From sequence record DRR378314_213: a stretch of DNA of 64,000 nucleotides. One strand, given 5' to 3'. The notes under the pieces were generated by a model. It was not told the origin of the DNA. It did no database searches and was given only the letters and a program-made list of their open reading frames with translations. Numbering within the stretch: the stretch's first letter is position 1; every line of letters starts with the position of its first letter. Of this stretch, positions 40,390 through 49,262 are shown piece after piece. Made by a program: the position numbers and the translations under genes.

Positions 40390-41522
40390 CGAAAGTCTAT
40401 ATCGCTGCGGCAAAACGAACGGCCGTCGCGCCAATTAATGGGGCTTTTCGCCATCTTGGAATTAGCGAGTTAGCGGCGCCAGTGCTGACGACCTTACTAA
40501 CAACTGCGCGGCTAAAAGCGGATCAGATTGATCAGGTTATTTTGGGAAATGCCCTTTATGGCGGTGGCAACCCGGCTCGGGTGGTTGCGCTTGCTGCCGG
40601 CATTCCAGAAAATGTCCCTGCATTTACCATCGATACCCAATGTTGCAGCGGTCTTGATGCCATCTTGCAGGGGGCGTCCCTCATTCGTTCTGGAATGGCA
40701 AGCATGGTTATTGCTGGCGGTGTTGAAGCTTATAGCCGCGCCCCGCGCCGCTTTCACCGGGCCCTGACCACGGGCGGCGCAGATCAGGAATATGACCGTC
40801 CACCTTTCACGCCCTGGCCTGACCGGGATCCTGATATGCTGGACGCGGCGGCAGATTTAGCAAAAGCACAGCAGTTAAGCCGTCACAAACAGCAGGAATT
40901 TGCGATCGACAGCCACCGAAAGTCTTTGAATTTTCAGTCAACAGAGAGTTCGGAGATTGTCCCTGTTGAGGGGTTGAAGCGGGATGCTGCAACTCGCCAC
41001 CTCACTCAAAAATTATGCAACAGATTACCAGTGATTGCGGGAGACGGCGATTTTGGCCTGACATCTGCAACAATAGCGCTAAAAGGGGATGCGGCCGCGG
41101 CTGTTCTGTTGGTGAGCGAGGCTGGGTTGTCGCAACTTGATCTTGGTGCCGGGAGACCGATTGAGCTGGTTGCCGGTCTGTCGCGGGGCAGCGATCCGGC
41201 GCAACCTGCTTTAGCGCCGATCGCCGGGGTGAGGGAGTTGTTGAATAGCTGCCATCTACAGCCGTCGCAGATATCAGTGACCGAGGTTATGGAGGCTTTT
41301 GCCATTCAGGCGATGGAATGCCTTTCACAAACCGGCCTTATCGAAAGCAGCTTTAATCGGGGCGGCGGTGCCCTGGCAAGAGGGCATCCCATTGGTGCTT
41401 CCGGGGCGATTAATGCCGTGCGATTATTTCATGAATTACACGGCATTTTCGAAGGGAGCTATGGTTTGGCGACAATTGCCGCCGCCGGGGGATTAAGCAG
41501 TTCGTTAGTGTTGCGGCGCTAG
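40386..41522 (+). CDS. Thiolase-family protein with atypical active-site motifs
   Basis: NPAR, QCCSGLD, MEAFA, GHPIGASG, C-term IAAAGG. Confidence 0.88.
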   Translation: MTKVYIAAAKRTAVAPINGAFRHLGISELAAPVLTTLLTTARLKADQIDQVILGNALYGGGNPARVVALAAGIPENVPAFTIDTQCCSGLDAILQGASLIRSGMASMVIAGGVEAYSRAPRRFHRALTTGGADQEYDRPPFTPWPDRDPDMLDAAADLAKAQQLSRHKQQEFAIDSHRKSLNFQSTESSEIVPVEGLKRDAATRHLTQKLCNRLPVIAGDGDFGLTSATIALKGDAAAAVLLVSEAGLSQLDLGAGRPIELVAGLSRGSDPAQPALAPIAGVRELLNSCHLQPSQISVTEVMEAFAIQAMECLSQTGLIESSFNRGGGALARGHPIGASGAINAVRLFHELHGIFEGSYGLATIAAAGGLSSSLVLRR

Positions 41523-41531
41523 GCGGCAGGT

Positions 41532-42125
41532 TTATTTGGCATTTGCACCCAGCCGCCCCGCATGCAGAAGCCATTTTTCGATCTGTTCAGGTTTGGCGTC
41601 GGTTGCGGGGGCAAAATTCGTAAAGGAGACGGGTTTAAGGCCAACAAATTTATAGATCTGCCGTTCTATCTGTTTGCGAATAGCAAAGCCATACATCAGG
41701 GAGAGGGCATAAGTCGGGGTGTCTGAGGTCAGTAATGTACTGGCAGTTCGCCCTTTCAGCAAGGGGGCGGGCATGCCGATGAAGTTGGTGTTTCGGGTAT
41801 CAAACGACGTGCCGGGCAGCAAAGCGCGATCAAATAATCCTTTTAAAAGGGCGGGAAGACCACCCCACCACATGGGGGTTGCAACCACCATGTGGTCACA
41901 CCAGAGAAGATCATCCAAAAATGCCTGCAGGTCCGCTTCAAGCGGCTTTGGATGTTTATAGCCACCACCCCCGAAATTCGGATCAAAAGACATGGCATGC
42001 AGGTTATGACGGCGCAAAACGTGACCGGCGGCGATCGCGCTTTCCTGATAGCTATCCAGAAGACCGGCTGAGAGGGACGGAGAGGCCGGATGCCCGTTCA
42101 ACGCTAAAATATTTTTTGAAGCCAT
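41532..42125 (-). CDS. NAD(P)H-dependent flavodoxin-fold oxidoreductase
   Basis: LNGHP, PMWWGGLPALLKGLFDR, LLKGRTA. Confidence 0.85.
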   Translation of the reverse strand: MASKNILALNGHPASPSLSAGLLDSYQESAIAAGHVLRRHNLHAMSFDPNFGGGGYKHPKPLEADLQAFLDDLLWCDHMVVATPMWWGGLPALLKGLFDRALLPGTSFDTRNTNFIGMPAPLLKGRTASTLLTSDTPTYALSLMYGFAIRKQIERQIYKFVGLKPVSFTNFAPATDAKPEQIEKWLLHAGRLGANAK

Positions 42126-42142
42126 GTGAAAAATCCTATATA

Positions 42143-42186
42143 AATGACTATGGTCAATTTTGACATAAAATGACCGTAGTCATTTT
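42143..42186. promoter_or_regulatory. Two TetR-type operator palindromes
   Basis: AATGACtatgGTCAATT (42143-42159) and AAAATGACcgtaGTCATTTT (42167-42186) in the divergent gap. Confidence 0.7.
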
Positions 42187-42208
42187 TCAAGGCCCAAGTT
42201 AATAGAAA

Positions 42209-42808
42209 GTGTCGGAAATTGTGAAAGAACCGCAGAAAAGAAGGCTTGATACTCGAAAAAAAATTCTTGATACGGCGCGTGAATTGATCTTTCAGGACGG
42301 ATATGAAGCGCTTCGGACCGAAGAGGTTGTTAAAAAAGCGGGTATTGCAAAGGGGACATTATTTGCGCATTTCGGGGATAAGGATCAACTTCTCTATACC
42401 TTGATGTGTGAGGAATTTGATGGAGCCGTGGGCACGGTTGTCAGGGAAATGACAGCCCCTGACTACAAACCGGAGGATTTTGTCTCCTCTTTAGTGCCCT
42501 TTTTGAAGCTTCTCAGTCGGGAGCGAATTTTGTTTGATCTGTTTCAACATTTTGCCGGGGTGACAATTGATCAGTTCAATTTGGATGTCGGGGATGATTG
42601 CCATGAATTTCAGGATCTTCTGGCCTCGGCTGTTAAGCGGTTGCAGACAGACCAGAAGATCAGAACAGACTTGCCCGAAACCATACTGGCTGAAGGCTGT
42701 CTTGCTTTTTTGGTGCAGGCAGTTTCCTTTAAGTTAAGTGGCCAATATTTGAGCCTGGATACAGCAGAAAAAGAGTTCCGCTTCAAACTTAAAGCATGGC
42801 TTTCTTAA
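42209..42808 (+). CDS. TetR/AcrR family regulator
   Basis: TRKKILDTARELI..GY..EEVVKKAGIAKGTLFAHFGDKDQL. Confidence 0.9.
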   Translation: MSEIVKEPQKRRLDTRKKILDTARELIFQDGYEALRTEEVVKKAGIAKGTLFAHFGDKDQLLYTLMCEEFDGAVGTVVREMTAPDYKPEDFVSSLVPFLKLLSRERILFDLFQHFAGVTIDQFNLDVGDDCHEFQDLLASAVKRLQTDQKIRTDLPETILAEGCLAFLVQAVSFKLSGQYLSLDTAEKEFRFKLKAWLS

Positions 42809-42867
42809 TTTGATTTCTCGAATAAAGCGGTCATACTCCTCAAATAAAAACAATAAGGGGAGGAAAT

Positions 42868-44739
42868 ATGACTGTGGAAATGATCTCTGGAAAATTTTCC
42901 GGATTACAGGACGTTATCGATTTTGAAAAAACACCAGAAGATATCTGGTTGCGTCCGCAAACCATCTATAATGCGTTTTGCCAGTCCGTCAAAAAACACA
43001 AAGATAAAGATGCGCTAATCGTCCAGCCTTTCGGTGATCCTTTGGGAGAAGGGCAGCATATTTCCTATGGGCAGCTTTTGTCCCTGGTTAATCAGACAGG
43101 TAACATGTTTTTGGATGCCGGACTTGCCGAAGGTGAGACCATAACTCATCTGCTACCCCAGTGCCCGGAAGGATTTTTTACGCTGATGGCGGGAGAGGCG
43201 GTCGGCATTGTGAACGCCGTTAATCCCATGCTGGAAGTAGGTCATATCCTCGGCATTATGAAAGCAGCCAATACAACGCTATTGGTTGTTCCGGGCCCTG
43301 ATTTGAACGCTGAAGTGTGGCAAAAAGTTGAATGGCTGGTTGAACAGCTTCCCAGGCTCAAAAAAGTGATTGTTGTTGGAGGCGGCGAAGGATGTGATGG
43401 GTCAAAGGTCGTTTCTTTTGGTGCGGAAATGGCCAAATTTTCAGGTGATCAGATAACAAATTTGCCGCAAAAAGGGTTGGATGACATTGTTGGTTATTAC
43501 CACACGGGCGGTACAACCGGCCTTCCCAAACTGGTGCCGCACACCAACCGTATGCAATTGGTTCAAATTGCCTCCACCGGTTTTCTGATCGGATATTCCG
43601 ACAAGGACTGCACGGTAACGGGATTGCCGCTTTTCCATATCAGTGGGTCGATTATTTCAGGTGTGATACCACTATGTCTGGGTACAACCCTGGTTCTTGC
43701 GACACCACTGGGATGGCGGGATCCGTTGTTGGTTGCTAATTATTGGAAAATAGTGGAAAAATTTGGCGTGACCGTATTTGGAACGGTTCCCACGGTTCTG
43801 TCGGCCTTGCTCAACATTCCCTCAGATGAATGTGATATCAGCAGCTTGCGCATTGGGATTACGGGTGGATCCGGATCCCCGATGGAGGTGCTGACAGCGA
43901 TATCAGATCTGTCGGGTGTTACCATGCTGGAAGGCTACGGCATGACAGAGGTTACCTCTTACACGACGATGGCGCCGCGGGATGGGGAGGCGAAATTTGG
44001 ATCAGTCGGTGTGCGGGAGCCCTACCTTAATATCAAGGCGATCCTTCTGGATGAAGAGGGAAATTATGTTCGGGATGCCCATACCGATGAGGTGGGCGTC
44101 ATCGTCATGAACGGCACATGTGTCATGCCAGGATATGCTCAAACAAGTTATAACAGATCAGCATTTCCCATCGAAGGCTGGCTGAATTCCGGGGATTTGG
44201 GCCGGATTGATGCCGATGGATATTTATGGCTGACAGGGCGCTCCAAGGATCTGATCATTCGAAGTGGTCACAATATTGATCCGACCCTGATTGAAGAGCC
44301 GCTGCATGAGCATCCAGCCGTGGAGCTGGCCGCCGCTGTTGGCCGTCCGGATGATTATGCGGGTGAAATGCCCATTGCCTATGTTCAACTGAAACCGGGG
44401 CAAAAGGCTACTCCAGAAGAGTTGCAAGAGTTTGCCCGTGCCCGAATTACGGAGCGAGCCGCCAACCCCGCTGAGATTATCCTGATTGAGGAAATGCCGC
44501 TAACCGGGGTTGGCAAAATTTTCAAACCGGCATTGCGGGAACTGGCAGCCCTTCGGGTAGCTGAAGCGGTGGTAGAAGACCTTAAAGGCTCCGTTGATAA
44601 CCTTAGCATCGAAATGGCCAATGATCCCAAATTCGGTTTGACTGCAATTGTTTCTGTGTCGGGCGGGGATAGCAGTCATCGCGAACAGATAAAAAAACGC
44701 CTCGGTGTCTATACGTTCCACTGTGACATTAAAGGTTAA
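42868..44739 (+). CDS. Acyl-CoA synthetase
   Basis: HTGGTTGLPK, EGYGMTE, SGDLG, GRSKDLIIRSGHNIDP, VGKIFKP. Confidence 0.9.
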   Translation: MTVEMISGKFSGLQDVIDFEKTPEDIWLRPQTIYNAFCQSVKKHKDKDALIVQPFGDPLGEGQHISYGQLLSLVNQTGNMFLDAGLAEGETITHLLPQCPEGFFTLMAGEAVGIVNAVNPMLEVGHILGIMKAANTTLLVVPGPDLNAEVWQKVEWLVEQLPRLKKVIVVGGGEGCDGSKVVSFGAEMAKFSGDQITNLPQKGLDDIVGYYHTGGTTGLPKLVPHTNRMQLVQIASTGFLIGYSDKDCTVTGLPLFHISGSIISGVIPLCLGTTLVLATPLGWRDPLLVANYWKIVEKFGVTVFGTVPTVLSALLNIPSDECDISSLRIGITGGSGSPMEVLTAISDLSGVTMLEGYGMTEVTSYTTMAPRDGEAKFGSVGVREPYLNIKAILLDEEGNYVRDAHTDEVGVIVMNGTCVMPGYAQTSYNRSAFPIEGWLNSGDLGRIDADGYLWLTGRSKDLIIRSGHNIDPTLIEEPLHEHPAVELAAAVGRPDDYAGEMPIAYVQLKPGQKATPEELQEFARARITERAANPAEIILIEEMPLTGVGKIFKPALRELAALRVAEAVVEDLKGSVDNLSIEMANDPKFGLTAIVSVSGGDSSHREQIKKRLGVYTFHCDIKG

Positions 44740-44744
44740 GAATA

Positions 44745-44767
44745 TGGGGCAGCAATTTGCTGCCCCA
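44745..44767. terminator. Stem-loop between convergent genes
   Basis: TGGGGCAGCA-att-TGCTGCCCCA. Confidence 0.65.
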
Positions 44768-44774
44768 AGCCTCT

Positions 44775-46283
44775 TTATTGAAACCGCAGGCCGTCCCTTG
44801 GGGAGAAAGTCCAGTTTCTAGCAAACTCACTATTGATTTCCGTTCCAGCGATCCAGCGCTGAACCGTGTTATGTGATAGTAGGTTTTCTTGCGCCGCCAA
44901 TACCGCTTTTCCGAACGGCGTTAGAGTGACTATTTCTGTCCCAGGGCCCGGAATATCCAATTTCTGGGTAACCTTAATGGGCGGCTTTTTCAGTTTCAGA
45001 AGCTTGTCCATTAAGGCGAAAAACATCACATCCCCCTGAAAGGGTTGGGGGTCTTTTTCCGCATGGGTAATGAGAAAAAGTCGCCGAAGCAGAAGCTCCC
45101 CCTCTTCAGTTAAGGTCTGCAGGGCAAGCGTTTCGATCAGCGACAATCCGGTAACCGGATCTGGAAGTTCCCTTAAAAAGCGAAGGATTGCTTTTTGCAT
45201 TAAGGGAAGAGGTGATTTCTTTTCTCTTGCCAACGCCCATAGGGTTTCAGGTGTAGAGCTTGTCAACGCAGTCCACACACGCGCTCCAAATGCGATAATC
45301 GCAGGTGTTACGCTTAAGCGCTGTTGATACAGTAACTGAAGGTTTTCCGGCTCTGGCCCTAAATTACCAAGCCCGATGAAATTCTGAACGCCAGGGAAAC
45401 TATCCACCTGGATCAGGCTCGCATGAACAGAGGTCTGATCTTCCTGATTGCTCAAAAAATGACAGATATAGGCAAGACAGAATTGGTCATAAGCATCATG
45501 CTCAAACCAGAGCAGCATTTCACCCTCTAAAGTGTGAAGAGAAGAGAGAAAACTCAATTCCTTCGGCGCCAGTTTTTGGAGTTCTTTCCAGTGATCGGCA
45601 GGGATGTAGGCACCCAGATCTTCCTTTAGCACCTTTTGCCGGTGCATCTGACCGTCCTGATCACCAATTGGATAAACCGGACCATAAGTGAAGGGGTTGG
45701 AGATTTCCTGAAATTGGCCCTGAAAACCGGCGGCCTTCAACAGATCTTGAATGTCAGTTCCGCAACGGACATGGATATCCGTTGCTTGATCCATCGGCGG
45801 CGGCGCAAGCCGCAGTCGTTCCAGTAATTCAATATGTTGTTTTAGTTTTGGCCAACTGGAAAAGCCGTTTTCGCGGGCCAGGACATGCAGGCAATCTGCG
45901 AGTTTGAGCTCTGATGAGGCTCTTACGCCTGATTGGATTTTTGGATGCCATTCGGTAACTTTTAAAAGAGCTAGGGGATCTTCAGTCTGAACAGCTTTTA
46001 ACAGGGCCTTAGCCTGCTTTTTTAAATAGGAAAGGCTCAGTTTTTGACCGCTCATTTGCTGAAAGAGGATGACCATTTTCATGTCGAAGAGGGTCGCTTT
46101 GAAATCCGGCTTTGCAGCGGCGGGATGATAGCTTTTAACCAGATTGTGAGCGATGGCATCACCCTGTTGAAAGCGGGACCATAGCTGATCAGAAAGTTGC
46201 TTGATTTCCTGTTGTTTGTAGGCGGGGGATCGACCCTCAGTTGGGGTCAGGCGCACAATAGGTGTTGAATGTGATGTGGGCAT
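44775..46283 (-). CDS. DUF1835-like domain protein with N-terminal helical modules
   Basis: LKKQAKALLK...KLADCLHVLARENGFSSWPKLK module; HVRCGTDI, GPV, LWFEHDAYDQ, LRELP..GLS..E, FQGD. Confidence 0.7.
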   Translation of the reverse strand: MPTSHSTPIVRLTPTEGRSPAYKQQEIKQLSDQLWSRFQQGDAIAHNLVKSYHPAAAKPDFKATLFDMKMVILFQQMSGQKLSLSYLKKQAKALLKAVQTEDPLALLKVTEWHPKIQSGVRASSELKLADCLHVLARENGFSSWPKLKQHIELLERLRLAPPPMDQATDIHVRCGTDIQDLLKAAGFQGQFQEISNPFTYGPVYPIGDQDGQMHRQKVLKEDLGAYIPADHWKELQKLAPKELSFLSSLHTLEGEMLLWFEHDAYDQFCLAYICHFLSNQEDQTSVHASLIQVDSFPGVQNFIGLGNLGPEPENLQLLYQQRLSVTPAIIAFGARVWTALTSSTPETLWALAREKKSPLPLMQKAILRFLRELPDPVTGLSLIETLALQTLTEEGELLLRRLFLITHAEKDPQPFQGDVMFFALMDKLLKLKKPPIKVTQKLDIPGPGTEIVTLTPFGKAVLAAQENLLSHNTVQRWIAGTEINSEFARNWTFSPRDGLRFQ

Positions 46284-46403
46284 ACGAATTCCTTATCAAC
46301 GTATCCGCCACCGTTCAGAGTTCGTATCAAATTTTCACAATCTCTGTAAAATCACCATTTGGTCAATAACCTTTCCGCGGACAGGGGGCTTAACGGCAAA
46401 GCC
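46282..46403 (-). ncRNA. Candidate cis-regulatory structured 5' leader RNA
   Basis: Hairpin GGCUU/AAGCC whose loop UGCCGUU complements AACGGUG; UGUCCGC/GCGGAUA helix; AUACGAA/UUCGUAU helix overlapping the AUG. Confidence 0.5.
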
Positions 46404-46620
46404 ATCGCCAAAAAAGCATAAGCGTTTGTACCTGTCAATCCAGGAAACCGGGATGGGTATTTAGTAATCGGATAAGATGTAGGTAAAACTAATGTTCACA
46501 GATTTGACAAAGTTAACCTATGTAGTTGTTGGGAACGTATCAAAAGAAGGGGCGCGCTAACAGGGACAGTAAGCAAAAGCAGTGCAGTTGCTGATCTGAC
46601 CCAATAAGAGGAGTAGGAGA

Positions 46621-47592
46621 ATGCGGTTTCGCAAGATATCTGTTTTAGGGATGTTGCAGGTTGTGGGGGTGGTGTTGAGTGCACAGGCAATTGCAACTGA
46701 AGTGAAGGTGACGCCGCTGGGCAGTCACGATGGGGAGTTCTGTCCCTTGGACCGGGCCATGATCTTCGAAGATCCAGATGGGACCCGGTTGCTTTATGAT
46801 GCCGGCAGAACCGTTGCGGGCGGCGAAGATCCCAGGCTTGGAACAATCGATGCGGTTTTGGTCAGTCACATGCATGGAGATCATGTTGGTGACCGACATA
46901 TTGCCGCCGTGAATGAGGGAAGTTGCTCAAAACCAATGTTTCCAACGGTTTCTTTGCCAAATACCAATGCGGTGAATATTGCGGCTTCCAAGAACGCCAA
47001 AATTGTAACCGGTAGTGAAATGCCGAAATTCTTTGCTGCTAAGCTTAAATCAGTCGGTGCAGATCCGAAAAACTCCCAACTGGTTCGCTTTGGCGCCAGC
47101 CGGAAAATTGGGGGTGTGACAATCACGACCGTTCCAGCCGTCCATTCAAATGGGATTGCGGGTGCGATGATCGGCGGGGAACTTGGCGATCATATGGATG
47201 CGGCAGGACTAACCGCATATGCCGGTCCGCCAACCGGGTATGTGCTGACGTTCAGCAATGGCCTGGTTGCTTATCTTTCTGGTGATACCGGCGTGACGGC
47301 AGAACAGAAAATTGTCGTCGGGGATCAGTATAAAGCCAAATTGGTTGTTATGAATATTGGCGATACCTTTACCACAGGGCCGAAGGAAGCTGCCTATGTG
47401 ATCAATGACCTGATCAAACCGGCATCTGTCATTATCTCTCATGCCAATGAGCCTGCAACAAAAGACGGGAAGGTGATTGCGGGGACCCGCTCGGAAGAAT
47501 TCATGAAGATGAGTTCGGTGCCAGCCTACTTGCCGCTGAGCGGGGTAACACTGTCATTCGATGATGCTGGAAAATGTGTGTCCGGTTGTTAA
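46621..47592 (+). CDS. Secreted metallo-beta-lactamase-fold hydrolase
   Basis: Signal peptide; SHMHGDH, VHSN, SGDTG. Confidence 0.85.
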   Translation: MRFRKISVLGMLQVVGVVLSAQAIATEVKVTPLGSHDGEFCPLDRAMIFEDPDGTRLLYDAGRTVAGGEDPRLGTIDAVLVSHMHGDHVGDRHIAAVNEGSCSKPMFPTVSLPNTNAVNIAASKNAKIVTGSEMPKFFAAKLKSVGADPKNSQLVRFGASRKIGGVTITTVPAVHSNGIAGAMIGGELGDHMDAAGLTAYAGPPTGYVLTFSNGLVAYLSGDTGVTAEQKIVVGDQYKAKLVVMNIGDTFTTGPKEAAYVINDLIKPASVIISHANEPATKDGKVIAGTRSEEFMKMSSVPAYLPLSGVTLSFDDAGKCVSGC

Positions 47593-47610
47593 GAAACTGA
47601 CGTAAATCTT

Positions 47611-47640
47611 TGAAAGCGCTGGTGGTATCCAGCGCTTTCA
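47611..47640. terminator. Stem-loop/terminator between convergent genes
   Basis: TGAAAGCGCTGG-tggtat-CCAGCGCTTTCA. Confidence 0.75.
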
Positions 47641-47645
47641 TTTTG

Positions 47646-48446
47646 TCAGACCCGCCATTTCAAGAATGTTTTTTCCGCCCGGCCAATGAGCCAGCTTACC
47701 AGAAGGCCCATAATTGAGAGAATAGTCACACCGGCTACCAACTGATCCATCGCCATGAGGTTCCCCGCCAGAAGGATATAGGCGCCAATTCCATATTCGG
47801 CCCCGATCATTTCCGCCGCAACCAGCAAAATAATCGCGATGGAGGCGGAAATTCGAAAGCCGGATAAAATCGCCGGCATGGCGCCAGGCAATATGATTTT
47901 CCAGACGATAGAGTGCCATTTCAGATTAAAAGATTGCCCCATCCGGATCAGGTTTCGATCGACATTGTCGATGCCGCCATATACCGCAATTACTGTCGGG
48001 AAGAAGGTGCCAAATAAAATAGTGGCGATTTTGGATTCTTCGCCGATGCCAAACCAGATAATAAACAGCGGTAGTAATGCAATTTTCGGAATTGGAAAAA
48101 TCGCCGCTACCAGCGGAATAATCCCGCCTCTTGCCAATGTGAAAAGGCCCGCCGCCACGCCAAAAAGAATGCCAAGCAGGGATCCAAAGAACCAGCCCAC
48201 GACAAGCCTTTGCAGGGATGCGGCCAAATGTTTGACGAGATCGCCGGAATTAAGAAGGTCTTTAAACGCTGTAAAGGCCTCTGACGGGGCGGGAAGAACA
48301 AGCGGGCTGATCCAGCCACTTCGCGAGCCCAGCTCCCAGATAGTGATCAAAACAGTGAATAAGATGGGGGCGACAATTCGCATGGGTTTTGGCCGAAAGC
48401 CGCCACCGCGATAGGGAACCGTATTTTTGGGGTTGGGATCAGCCAT
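47646..48446 (-). CDS. NitT/TauT-family ABC transporter permease
   Basis: LPAPS, PIPKIALLPLFIIWFGIGE, LPGAMP, LVAAEM. Confidence 0.9.
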   Translation of the reverse strand: MADPNPKNTVPYRGGGFRPKPMRIVAPILFTVLITIWELGSRSGWISPLVLPAPSEAFTAFKDLLNSGDLVKHLAASLQRLVVGWFFGSLLGILFGVAAGLFTLARGGIIPLVAAIFPIPKIALLPLFIIWFGIGEESKIATILFGTFFPTVIAVYGGIDNVDRNLIRMGQSFNLKWHSIVWKIILPGAMPAILSGFRISASIAIILLVAAEMIGAEYGIGAYILLAGNLMAMDQLVAGVTILSIMGLLVSWLIGRAEKTFLKWRV

Positions 48447-49206
48447 GGACCAGCTCCATATCCGCAGCAACTGCTTCTTCGCGCATCAAGTCCCACAAAT
48501 AGGATTGCTTGGTTGCCAGCAAATCCGGGTTGGCTTTTCGCTCATCCAGAGGAATATCAATTTCCACAATTTCCCGGATTGTACCGGGCCGCCGGGAGAG
48601 CACGATGATTTTATGGCCAAGGCGTACCGCTTCATTCAGGTTATGGGTGACATAACAGGCGGTGTAGCGCTCCTTCAGCCAAAGATCCATCAGATCATCC
48701 ATCAACAGCTCACGGGTTTGGCTGTCAAGAGCGGAAAGGGGCTCATCCATTAACAGGCAGGCTGGCCGAACGGCAAGGGCTCGGGCAATGGCCACCCGCT
48801 GTTTCATGCCACCGGAAAGCTGTTTAGGCAGCGCATCCTTGAAATCGAATAGTTTGGTGCGCTTTAAGACATCATCTATGATCTGGTTGGCGTCGGCACC
48901 TTTAATGCCATGATCTTCTAACACCAGACTGACATTTCCCCGAACACTTCGCCACGGCAGAAGGGCAAAATCCTGAAAAATATAGGTGAGGGGGTTCAGG
49001 CAATCAGGCGGAGGGTTCCCCAGTTGAAAGACTTGCCCCTGATTGGGACGTTCCAGCCCACCCATAAATCGCAGAAGGGTTGATTTTCCACAGCCGGAGG
49101 GTCCGATCAGACAGACGATTTCTCCGGTTTTGATGTGAAAACTGATGTCTTTCAGGACTTCCGTGCCGTCATAGGCATGGCTGACGGCATTAAGTTCAAG
49201 ATCCAT
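48439..49206 (-). CDS. NitT/TauT-family ABC transporter ATP-binding protein
   Basis: GPSGCGKST, LLPWRSV, LSGGMKQR, DEPLSALD. Confidence 0.9.
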   Translation of the reverse strand: MDLELNAVSHAYDGTEVLKDISFHIKTGEIVCLIGPSGCGKSTLLRFMGGLERPNQGQVFQLGNPPPDCLNPLTYIFQDFALLPWRSVRGNVSLVLEDHGIKGADANQIIDDVLKRTKLFDFKDALPKQLSGGMKQRVAIARALAVRPACLLMDEPLSALDSQTRELLMDDLMDLWLKERYTACYVTHNLNEAVRLGHKIIVLSRRPGTIREIVEIDIPLDERKANPDLLATKQSYLWDLMREEAVAADMELVHG

Positions 49207-49223
49207 GATACGCCTGTCGGTTA

Positions 49224-49246
49224 GCCGGGCGAGCAAGCCGCCCGGC
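49224..49246. other. Intercistronic stem-loop after the substrate-binding gene
   Basis: GCCGGGCG-agcaagc-CGCCCGGC; probably stabilises the upstream mRNA segment (inference). Confidence 0.5.
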
Positions 49247-49262
49247 ATCAACAAATAAAGAC

